Assembly (NCBI RefSeq): GCF_021869535.1
Contig: NW_026262669.1
Location: forward strand, 4,650,001-4,714,000
Direction: 5' to 3'
From: Mytilus californianus
Taxonomy: Eukaryota
DNA length: 64,000 nt
A program made the position numbers and the translations under genes. The notes under the pieces were generated by a model, which saw only the letters and a list, made by a program, of their open reading frames with translations, searched no databases and was not told the DNA's origin. Position 1 is the first letter of the stretch, and every line of letters begins with the position of its first letter. Positions 11,051 to 22,761 of the stretch are shown here, piece after piece.

Positions 11051-13281
11051 ATATATTACCATACAAATATAAACATGTTATACGATATTTATTCAATCAT
11101 AAATATTTGACACCCACAAACTGGGTAAAAAGAAGTAGGTTATAATTTAAAACAGAAAAGGAAGTTATAGGTCCTGATTTACAATGCATTATGGGAAACA
11201 CTTGCTAATTAGCCAAAATTAATCATATGATTAAAAATTACTACAGTGATTAACTAATACAATGATTACAATCAGTCGAACAACACAATTTAATCATTGT
11301 ATTTACTAGTCATGCGATTAACTTTTAACGACTCGTTAAAAATAATCATCTCATTAGTTTAAAGCCAAGTTGAACAACAGACCCCTGGTGTCGAATTAAC
11401 GAGGGCCTGATTTGACTAGGTGCCGAAATAACAATCACATTTGCTGATTTGACCAGGTGCCGATTTAACCAGTGTCGAAGTTATAAGAATTCTCCCTAGT
11501 GACGTTTTAGTTTTTAATTAGCGTGAACCATGTATAGTTGGTAAATCATGAAGTCAGGGATTCCGTCACCACACGTAGCTTAAAACATTTTTCTTTAAAA
11601 TAGAAAAAATGGGTTTAAAATTTGGCTTAACGTGAAGACCTTATTTAAAACGAAATGTCGCATTCTTATTTTTATTGTGATTTTGTAAATAAGTTCGGTA
11701 AATTAACATATGATCCATGAATAATTATGAATTAGTTGAATAAACTTATTTATCAATTTACCACTGTACATGTAGTAAGTTTTTGTACTTTTGAGTTCGT
11801 CAGTGCTTACATTGATATTTTGTTTCAAATAAATTAAAACATAACTTAATAAGTAAGACTACATGTATACTACATGTCCGATACGTATGTTACTTGCATT
11901 TTACAAGGTCTTATGACATGTGCCCTTTACATACATATAATTATGATTTATTTATGAGTTTCAATTGACTTTGAAACATTTTTCAGTAATCTAGAGTACT
12001 TTAAGATCTCTGCCTTGCGTTGTCTTTTGTTGTTGTTAGGTAATATGTGTGTGTAAATTAGTGCCGATCTGTTTAATCAACCCTTTGAACTGCTTTTCCT
12101 AGTTTTTTGTTGTGATGTTACACCAACATCTCGGGTTATGGGTTGTACAACCCGCCACATTCTGTATGTGTTTGTCAACAGTCAGGAGCCCGTGATTTAG
12201 TGATTCGAATACTATTAAACTAACATTGACAAAACCAGCGAAATTAAGGAATGAATTCTACCCCAGTGATAGGTAATCTTATATATTTCACACACCACTT
12301 TGAATGCCTTCATTTTATTGTAAAAAGACTAGCAATTTAAAAGCTGCAGGTCTTGCCAGGTAAAGAACGAAAGATATTTACAAACAAAGTTAGTCAAATC
12401 ACAAGAACTAGGCCATATTACAAAAGCACAACTTTATCTAACACAAAACTCAATCAAAGAATACTACTAGATGTTGCAATTATTGTATCTGCTGAGTCTC
12501 AAAACTGTTACTAGTATTTAAATATCATAAACATTCTACTGTTTACGTAAGCTAAACTCCACACATTCTTATTTGTATGTTTACTGTACCTTGTATCTGT
12601 AGTGAAATATACCTGGGATCACTATGAACAATAGAATGATCGTTGTGCAGCTTTTTTTTATTTTATATACGCCTACCAAATTAATCAGAAAAAAAACAAT
12701 CATGTTACAATACTTTATCCTGAAGGACGATAGTACTTGTACGTTCCAAAGGCGAATAACACAGGAAACAGACTTTCTAAAAGTCATCAGGTTGATTTAA
12801 TCAAGTGGAGACTTATCATCATCAGATAAAGGATACACTTGGTATGATCATAATTAATTGCCTTTTGAGTCAAGTACTTAATACTTGACATTGAAACACA
12901 GACTAAGATGTTTATCCGTATAGATAAAACTTCAAACGTTGAATGATGAATATTTTAATAGATGTCCTTCTTTAATTAGTTGTTTGATATACTAATTCAA
13001 GACATCGATGAAAATTAATTCATTTTGTAGCAATATTATTTACAAAATATACTTAGCCCTAGTCAATCATAGTTATCCAGAAATACAGCCCGATCAACAT
13101 TATTGTATGAAAATTATCCGAAATGCATTATTCATCACCCTTTTCTTTCACAAAAGTCTTAAAATATTAACTGAAACTCACATATAAAAAGTTGTTACAT
13201 GTACTAGCATCAATTTTACACATTCTGCAGCATGAACTCAAATCAAGAAATCCTTTTTTTAGGTACAAATTAACTCACTGA

Positions 13282-13690
13282 GGTTTCAACTCCCGCAGGC
13301 AAAGTTGACCTCAGATGGATTTTTTTATTTTAGGTACTTTTGGTCATATAGCTCTTAAACTGTTTCGGTTCTTAAACACCCTTGGCTTTCAAATATTCGG
13401 CTTTGAGTGTCTTGATGAAGGTTAATCTAGAAAAGCGCTTCGGACGCAAAGATTTTATAACGTGTTGTTTTCCATCTTTAAAGCACTGGGTCGATACCTT
13501 TGCTGGTGGACTATTAGTCCCCAATGGTATTACCAGCTCAGTAGTTAGTACTTCGGTACTCATATGATTTAAAACAAACATTTCTAAAATTGTTCATTTA
13601 TAAATTTCAAATTATAAAAAAAAACGGAGGTTTCAACTCCCTCAGGCAAAGTTGACCTTAGATGGATCTGGCTATTTTTTTTAGGTATAA
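13282..13690 (+). mobile_element. Penelope-like pseudo-LTR element with terminal direct repeat; duplicate at about 19333-19737
   Basis: ggtttcaactccc.caggcaaagttgacct.agatggat repeated about 347 bp apart; contains the hammerhead-like motif. Confidence 0.65.
13405..13447 (+). ncRNA. Degenerate minimal type I hammerhead ribozyme motif (C3 changed to U)
   Basis: gagtgtc TTGATGA aggttaatcta GAAA agcgct TC ggacgc; palindromic AGCGCT in stem III; stem I flanks partly complementary. Confidence 0.55.
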
Positions 13691-15084
13691 TTGTATCTGT
13701 TAACAAAAACAAAAAGGTGGAAGATACGAAATGACAAAAAAGTAGTTGAGAAAAGGGCAAACATATGACAAAACATGATGAACGACGAGAAGAAAACTCA
13801 CAGGCGTGAATGAAGCATATTTCATATATCAATTCACGGAAACATAAAAAAAAAAATGGCTTTGTCGTATAATCAGTTTGCAATTCATGTTATCAGATAG
13901 ACGATAATTTTTCTGCTCACGATTTCGCTTCTGTTACACTATTTTGACAACATGACATTACTTATCTAGAAAAGCAGACAATGGTTTCGATAAACAAGTT
14001 TTACACCATACATTGTTTTTGGGCCTGTTATATTATACGCACAAAATAAAAACTGTAGCAAGTACTAGTATAAAACATCTACCGGACAACAAAAGAAATA
14101 GTTGCCACTGGATGTTAAGCAACCAACAATCGATCACTTAAATATTATGTTTCAATCAATATATCTGGGTTTATTTCATATCCACTTTGATATAAACCTA
14201 TATGTAAGGGTGAAGATGTGTTTTTGTTTTTGTTTAGTATTTGTGTTAATATATATATGACATAACTATTCATAAAGAAAGGGACACTAGCTTTGCAAAG
14301 TAGGACATATACACAGGTTATCAATCGTAAAGAGATTAGACATGTTAAATAGTAATTAGTTAATATGTTGGGAAGTTAACTGGAATAATTAATCCAAAGA
14401 TATGTTAGATTATACGTCACTAAAACGCCAACCTGACAATAATCAAAATTTCAATATACAAGGATTTAACGGAAAAAAAAAACGGTAAAAACTCATAAAT
14501 TAAGGAAAAATTCAAGATTTCACATGGCATCATTATCATTTTGTTACTGTTTGATGCTTCGTCTTGTATAACTTACTAAAGTATAAACCATTTACATGAA
14601 GTTGTTTTTTTTCATCTGATTATGATATGAATGATATATGATATTAAGTCGTACTCCTTCCATGCTACAGAGCATAGGAGGCGTCACAATTGTTGATATA
14701 GTTTAATTCAATCAGTTTTCGTTGTTTTCGTCTTTGTCTTTTGCCTTTGTATTGTCAGTTCTTCTCTTAAAATTACCAATTTATCATATATATTTAGTTA
14801 CATACAGTAGCGCTTGCCTATGGGAACATTTAGTAAATTCCAATATTACAAAAGGATAGAGTTCGCCAAAATAAAAAAAAACTGCATTTAAACTTAGACA
14901 ATAGTATTTCCTGAAATGTTTAGTAATCAACAATCACAATGAAATATGCCATCATTAATTTCTGAATTCCTTGTTCATACGATTTTCAAATATTGATTTA
15001 CTTGTAAGTGTATGCTTGCAAGATAACCACTGAACAATGTGTTCCTATTGGAAACGATGAAATTATATCTTCAAGTATTCAAGA

Positions 15085-15290
15085 TTCACTGACGCCATCT
15101 TGAAATACTTTACAGGTATGGAATAGCTTTGTCACAGATGACCACGCGTATATTCCAATTATTGTACCCACAATCTCTTGTTCTTTTCCTCAGACACAAA
15201 ATACAACGTATTATCGATTTTTTAACCTCCTGAGCAACACGATACATTTATATGTACACGGCAGCAAATCATGTTCCTCCGACTCATGTA
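15085..15290 (+). mobile_element. Old, heavily decayed Naiad-like 3' end; paralogs at about 21140-21345, 34765-34970, 51900-52090
   Basis: tatggaatagctttgtcacagatgaccacg..gcaacacga resembles ttatggaataaccgtttcacagatg..gcaacacga of 4325-4456. Confidence 0.5.
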
Positions 15291-15997
15291 TGTAATATAT
15301 CCCTTTATGTTCCCTGTTAGTGTTAAAGCCAGAAAGAGTTTGAAAACCACCGACACTTATCTACCATTGTCTACTGGAGTCTTGGTAATACATTGAAAAC
15401 CATTGTTAAGCAGTTGCTAGCAGAAAAACACATTTGTTCTAGTTGGTTTACAAATAAAAACGACTGTAATTAAGGTTACATGACATTTCCTCGCACTATC
15501 ACATTAATTTTTGTGTGTTTAAATTTGAATTTCAGATTAAAAATATTAATAATATATTTATTTTAATTTTGAAAATTCGTAGATATAAGAAATGGATGCT
15601 GTGTCACTAAGTCCAAATGTAACAATCTGACATAATTAGACGATTATAATTTCATCAGAAGAACTAAGACCGCGAAACCATGTCGCTAGTGAGTTGATAC
15701 ACATACATACCATATTGGTCAATAAATTCTTAAAATGTATATAGTATATAACACTGTTCGAGCAAGTTTTCAGTAAGGAGCAAACCCGTGTTAATGAAGT
15801 GTTTAAAGTATGAATATGGAAGAGCTTCAAGTGTTTACTAAGATATTAAACACCACACGATTGAGCAGATGGTGTGTTTCTTCTACGAAATTATGGGTAA
15901 CATTGTGCGTTTTTTTTTTATCTGATATCCGAACAACTGATGCATGTGTTTGATTAGTCAACAAGTGTCTCTTCCGTGTTTAAAACAAGGCCAATAC

Positions 15998-16477
15998 CGT
16001 CACTAAAACGCCAACCTGACAATAATCAAAATGTCAATATAAAAGTATTTAACGAAAAAAATTAAGGAAAAATTCAAGATTACACATGGCATCATTATCA
16101 TTTTGTTACTGTTTGATGCTTCGTCTTGTATAACTTACTAAAGTATAAACCATTTACATGAAGTTGTTTTTATCATCTGATTATAATATGAATGATATAT
16201 GATATTAAGTCGTACTCCTTCCATGCTATAGAGCATATGAGGCGTCAAAATTGTCGATATAGTTTAATTCAATAAGTTTTCCTTTTTTTTGTCTTTGTCT
16301 TTTGCCTTTGTATTGTCAGTTCTTCTCTTAAAATTACTAAATTATCATATATATGTAGTTACATACAGTAGCGCTTGCCTATGGGAACACTTGTAAATTC
16401 CAATATTACAAAAGGATAGAGTTCGCCAAAATAAAAAAAAATGGCATTTAAACTTAGACAATAGTATTTCCTGAAAT
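15998..16477 (+). repeat. Templated insertion at the duplication junction, a copy of 14415-14917
   Basis: Starts cgtcactaaaacgccaacc, ends atagtatttcctgaaat; microhomologies cgt (left) and aaat (right). Confidence 0.9.
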
Positions 16478-19400
16478 TAGAGATTAGCCTACCGAGGACA
16501 AACACTGACAATGTTTACAGGTTAGAACAGCCGTTGCTGCACGGTAAAACTAGTTTGAACGATGTTTAAAACTTTTTATAGAAATACAATTTTACTTAAT
16601 GAGTGCAATTTGTTTGGGTTTTTTTTTCTACGATCAACACGGTCCATCATTTCAGATAACAACTTCTGTGAACAAACAAATGAAAATTTTTGGGCCTAAT
16701 CCATTGTAGTCATGATCAGTAATAGGTGAATGGAGATGTTTATTATTGCAAAATGTACCCGAAAGCACATTTTGTTAAACAGAAAGCATTAATTTCTGCA
16801 TTTCTTAAATCATTTCCCCCTTCAAGCACATTTAATTTTAACTCCAACAGACAATTTTGATGAATCTAAACTATGTATATATTACAATACAAATATGAAC
16901 ATGTTATACGATATTTATTCAATCATATATATTTGGCACCCAAAAACTGGGTAAATAGAAGTAGGTTATAATTTAAAACAGAAAAGGAAGTTATAGGTCC
17001 TGATTTACAATGCATTGTGGGAAACACTTGCTAATTAGCCAAAACTAATCATATGATTAAAAATTTATACAGTGATTAACTAATACAATGATTACAATCA
17101 GCTGAACAACACAATTTAATCATTGTATTTACTATTCATGCGATTAACTTTTAACGACTAGTTAAAAATAATCATATGATTAGTTTAACGCCAAGTTGAA
17201 CAACAGACCCCTGGTGTCGAATTAACGAGGGCCTGATTTGACTAGGTGCCGAAATAACAATCACATGTGCCGATTTGACCAGGTGCCGATTTCACCAGTG
17301 TCGAAGTGATAAGAATTCTCCCTAGTGACGTTTTAGTTTTTAATTAGCGTGAACCATGTATAGTTGGTAAATCATGAAGTCAGGGATTCCGTCACCACAC
17401 GTAGCTTTAAACCTTTTTCTTTAAAATAGAAAAAAATGGGTTTAAAATTTGGCTTTACGTGAAGACCTTATTTTAAACGAAATATCGCATTCTTATTTTT
17501 ATTGTGATTTTGTAAATAAGTTCGGTAAATTAACATATGATCCATGAATAATTATGAATTCGTTGAATAAACTTTTTTATCAATTTACCACTGTACATGT
17601 AGTAAGTTTTTTTACTTTTGTGTTCGTCAGTTCTTACATTGATATTTTGTTTCAAATAAATAAAAAACATAACTTATACAACCATGTACGTGAACATGTA
17701 CGACACGTATGTTACTTGCATTTTACAAGGTCTTATGACATGTACCCTTTAAATACATATAATTATGATTTATTTATGAGTTTCAATTGACTTTGAAACA
17801 TTTTTCAATAATCTAGAGTACTTTAAGATCTCTGCCTTGCGTTGTCTTTTGTTGTTGTTGGGTAATGTGTGTGTGTTAATTAGTGCCGATCTGTTTAATC
17901 AACCCTTTGAACTGATTTTCCTAGTTTTTTGTTGTGATGTTACACCAATATCTCGGGTTATGGGTTGTACAACCCGCCACATTCTGTATGTGTTTGTCAA
18001 CAGTCAGGAGCCCGTGATTTAATGATTCGAATACTATTAAACTAACATTGACAAAACCAGCGATATTAAGGAATGAATTCTACCCCAGTGCTAGGTAATC
18101 TTATATATTTCCCACTCCACTTTGAATGCCTACATTTTATTTTAAAAAGACTTGCAATTTAAAAGCTGTAGGTCTTGCCAAGTGCAAGTAACAATCTTTT
18201 ATTTTGCAAAAGAGCTAAACAGTTTTTTTTTTCTAGTATAATATATCAGCTAAGAACGAAAGATATTTACAAACAAATTTAGTCAAATCACAAAAACTCG
18301 GTCATATTACAAAAGCACAACTTTATCTGACACAAAACTCAATAAAAAAATACTACTAGATGTTGCAATTATTTTATCTGCTGAGTCCCAAAACTGTTAC
18401 TAGTATTTAAATATCATAAACATTCTACTGTTTACGTAAGCTAAACTCCACACATCCTTATTTGTATTTTTACTGTACCTTGTATCTGTAGTGAAATATA
18501 CCTGGGATCACTATGAACAATAGAATGATCGTTGTGCAGCTTTTTTTTATTTGATATACGCCTACCAAATTAATCAGAAATAAACAATCATGTGACAATA
18601 CTTTATCCTGAAGGACGATAGTACGTTCCAAAGGCGAATAACACAGGAAACAGACTTTCTAAAAGTCATCAGGTTGATTTTATCAAGTGGAGACTTATCA
18701 TCATCAGATAAAGGATACCCTTGGTGTGATCATAATTAATTGTTAGCCTTTTTAGTCAAGTACTTAATACTTGACAATGAAACATAGACTGAGATTATTC
18801 GTATAGAAAAACTTCAAACGTTGAATGATGATAAATATTTTAATAGATGTCATTCTTTAATTAGTTATTTGATATACTAATTCAAGACATCGATGAAAAT
18901 TAATTCATTTTGTAGCAATATTATTTACAAAATATACGTAGCCCTAGTCAATCATAGTTATCTAGAAATACAGCCCGATCAACATAACGGTATGAAAATT
19001 ATCCGAAATGCATTATTCATCACCCTTTCGTTTCACAAAATTCTTTAAATTTTAACTGAAACTCACATATAAAAAGTCCATTGTGTTACATGTACTAGCA
19101 TCAATTTTACATATTCTGCAGCATGAACTCAAATCAAGAAATCTTGATGATTCAAATTATCAATTTGTGTGAAGATTTTTGGGCAAATATTAAGGTGGTA
19201 CCTAACACTACAGGGAGATAACTCTGTAAAATATTAAGTAGTTTAATCGTCGATATATAATGATGATTGAGAAGGATATTCTTGTAAACATTAACAAAAT
19301 AACATCCATTTTTTAGGTAAAAATTAACTCACTCAGGTTTCAACTCCCGCAGGCAAAGTTGACCTCAGATGGATTTGGCTATTTTAGGTACTTTTGGTCA

Positions 19401-22050
19401 TATAGCTTGTCAACTGTTTCGGTTCTTAAAGAACCTTGGCTTTCAAATATTCGGCTTTGAGTGTCCTGATCAAGGTTAATCCAGAAAAGCGCTTCGGACG
19501 CATAAATTTTATAACGTGTTGTTTTCATTCTTTAAAGCATTGAGTCGATACCTTTGCTGATGGGCTATTAGTCCCCAATGGTATTACCAGCTCAGTAGAC
19601 AGTACTTCGGTACTCATATGATTTAAAACAAACATTTCTAAAATTGTTCATTTATAAATTTAAAATTATAAAAAACACGGAGGTTCAACTCCCTCATGCA
19701 AAGTTGACCTTAGATGGATTTGGCTATTTTTAGGTATAATTTTATCTGTTAACAAAAACAAAAAGGTGGAAGATACAAAATGACAACAAAAGAAGTTGAG
19801 AAAAGGGCAAACAGATGACAAAACATGATGAACGACGAGAAGAAAAATCACAGGCGTGAATGAAGCATATTTCATATATCAATTCAAGGAAACATAAAAA
19901 AAAAAGACTTTTTAGTGTAATCAGTAGGCAATTCATGTTATCAGATAGACGATAATTTTCCTGCTCACGATTTCGCTTCTGTTACACTATTTTCACAACA
20001 TGACATTACTTATCTAGCAAAGCAGACAATGGTTTCGATAAACAAGTTTAACACCATACATTGTATTTGGGCCTTTTATATTATACGCACAAAATAAAAA
20101 TTCTAGCAAGTACAAGAATAAAACATCCACCGGACAATAAAAAAAATAGTTGCCACTAGATGTTAAGCAACCAACAATCGATCACTTAAATCTTATGTTT
20201 AAATCAATATATCTGGGGGTTTTTCATATCCAGTTTGATATAAACCTATATGTAAGGGTAAAGATGTGTTTTTGTTTTTGTTTAGTATTTGTGTTAATAT
20301 ACATGACATAACTATCCATAAAGAAAGAGAAACTAGCTTTGCAAAGTAGGACATATACACAGGTTATCAATCTTAAAGAGATTAGACATGTTAAATAGTA
20401 ATTAGCTAATATGTTGGGTAGATAACTGGAATAATTAATCCAAGGATATGTTAGATTATACGTCACTAAAACGCCAACCTGACAATAATCAAAATGTCAA
20501 TATAAAAGGATTTAACGAGAAAAAAAAAAAAGGTAAAACCTCATAAATTAAGGAAAAATTCAAGATTACACATGGCATCATTATCATTTTGTTACTGTTT
20601 GATGCTTCGTCTTGTATAACTTACTAAATTATAAACCATTCACTAATGAAGTTGGTTTTATCATCTGATTATGATATGAATGATATATGATATTAAGTCG
20701 TATTCATTCAATGTTACAGAGCATATGAGGACGCCACAATTGTCGATATAGTTCAATTCAATCAGATTTCCTTTTTTTCGTCTTTGTCTTTTGCCTTTGT
20801 ATTATCAGTTCTTCTCTTAAAATTACCAATTTATCATATATATGTAGTTACATACAGTAGCGCTTGCCTATGGGAACATTTTGTAAATTCCAATATTACA
20901 AAAGGATAGAGTTCGCCAAAATAAAAAAAAAATGGCGTTTAAACTTAGACAATAGTATTTCCTGAAATGTTTATTAATCAACAATCACAATGAAATATGG
21001 CATCATTAATTTCTGAATTCCTTGTTTATACGATTTTCAAATATTGATCTACTTGTAAGTGTCTGCTTGCAAGATAACCATTGAACAATGTGTTCCTATT
21101 GGAAACTATGAAATTGTATCTTCAAATATTCAAGATTCACTGACGCCATCTTGAAATACTTTACGGTTATGGAATAGCTTTGTCACAGATGACCACGTGT
21201 ATGTTCCAATTATTGTACCCACAATCTCTTGTTCTTTTACTCAGACACAAAATACAACGTATTATCGATTTTTTTACCTCCTGAGCAACACGATACATTT
21301 ATATGTACACGGCAGCAAATCATGTTCCTCCGACTCATGTATGTAATATATACCCTTCATGTTCCCTGTTAGTGTTAAAGACAGAAAGAATTTGAAAGCC
21401 ACCGAAACTTATCTACCATTGTCTACTGGAGTCTACGTAATATATTGAAAACCATTGTTAAGCTGTTGCTAGCAGAAAAACAAATTTGTTCTAGTTGATT
21501 TACAAATAAAAACGAGTGTAAGCAAGGTTACACGGCATTTCCTCGCACTATCACATTAATTTTTATGTTTTTAAATTTAATGTCAGATTAAAAATATTAA
21601 TAATCTATATATTTTAATTTCGAAAATTCGTAGATATAAGAAATGGATGCTGTGTCACTAAGTCTAAATGAAACAATCTGACATAATTAGACGATTATAA
21701 TTTCATCAGAAGAACTAAGACCGCGAAACCATGTCGCTAGAGAGTTGATACACATACATACCATTTTGTCAATACATTATTGAAATGTATGTAGTATATA
21801 ACTCTATTCGATCAAGTTTTCAGTAAGGAGCAAACCCGTGTTAATGAAGTGTTTAAAGTGTGAACATGGAAGAGCTTCAAGTGTTTACTAAGATATTAAA
21901 CACCATACGATGGAGCAGATGGTGTGTTACTTCAAAAAAATTATGGGTAACATTGAGCATTTACTTTTTAACTGATATCCGAACAACTGATGCATGTGTT
22001 TGATTAGTCAATAAGAGTCTCTTCCGTGTTTAATACAAGGCCAATCCCGT
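16474..22050 (+). repeat. Segmental tandem duplication, copy 2 (X'); carries an orphan Harbinger right end at 16474-17210
   Basis: Colinear with 10648-16000; TIR caagttgaacaacagaccc plus ctg at 17192-17213. Confidence 0.95.
19459..19501 (+). ncRNA. Degenerate minimal type I hammerhead ribozyme motif (G8 changed to C)
   Basis: gagtgtc CTGATCA aggttaatcca GAAA agcgct TC ggacgc. Confidence 0.55.
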
Positions 22051-22092
22051 GTCTGGAACTGCGTAGCTGCATACAATTATTTAAGATGACAT

Positions 22093-22748
22093 TGTTACGG
22101 CCAGAAATCTCTTTAAACTTGTAGCCAACAAAAGACACAAATCAATAATAAAATTTAACAAGATTTATTATACACCAGCTTACTAGAAATATTATACAAA
22201 TTGAAATGTTAACTTAACTGTTAAATTATATGTCCGATCCTTTGTCTTTTCTTGATCTGGAATTCTTCTCTTAACTGTACGGAATATGTCCAATCTAGTA
22301 TGATGTAGTTAACGTGAATAAAGTCTCAATCCAACAACTCCAGAGAACGTCTGTGAATCCATGTAAATTAATGTCTAAAAAAGTATAATTTCAGTATCTG
22401 TATATATAGTTGTCAAGGAAACTTGTAGAACACAGTAGAATGGAAACTCCTAGAAAACCGTAGAACTGAAACTTCTAGAATATAGTAGAAGTTAAAATTA
22501 CACATCGTATATTAAAATCATTCCAGAATTATTATGTATTAGTATTAGTATGTATTATTACTTCAGATAGAAAGTTCTAATCATTCCATCAGTATTTATG
22601 ATTGTTACAGTGATTTCTAAACTGCACAATTATAACATTATTTTGTAAACAACTATAAATATGATGTAAACATATTATACATAGTATAAGGCCACACAAA
22701 ACAAATTAGGCCAAGATAAATAAACATGATAATAATAATATCATAACA
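22093..22748 (-). repeat. 3' LTR (656 bp)
   Basis: tgttacggccagaaatc...tatcataaca. Confidence 0.9.
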
Positions 22749-22761
22749 GCTCCCTCTTTAA
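22749..22761 (-). promoter_or_regulatory. Polypurine tract
   Basis: Minus strand ttaaagagggagc immediately before the 3' LTR. Confidence 0.75.

Larger units (their letters stand above)
8114..11384. mobile_element. Decayed PIF/Harbinger DNA transposon with nested insertions
   Basis: Perfect 19-bp TIR gggtctgttgttcaacttg (8114-8132 and 11366-11384); CTG direct repeat on both flanks (8111-8113, 11385-11387), fitting the 3-bp CWG/TWA TSD of Harbingers; transposase remnant inside. Confidence 0.85.
10648..16000 (+). repeat. Segmental tandem duplication, copy 1 (X)
   Basis: Colinear with 16474-22050 from aaattagagattagcctaccgagg to aaggccaat.ccgt; visibly high but not perfect identity. Confidence 0.95.

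Noticed and set aside
12599-12845. Possible exon in X/X' starting MNNRMIVVQLFLFY
   Set aside because: Good acceptor, but every frame hits stops in both copies and no protein motif is recognisable.
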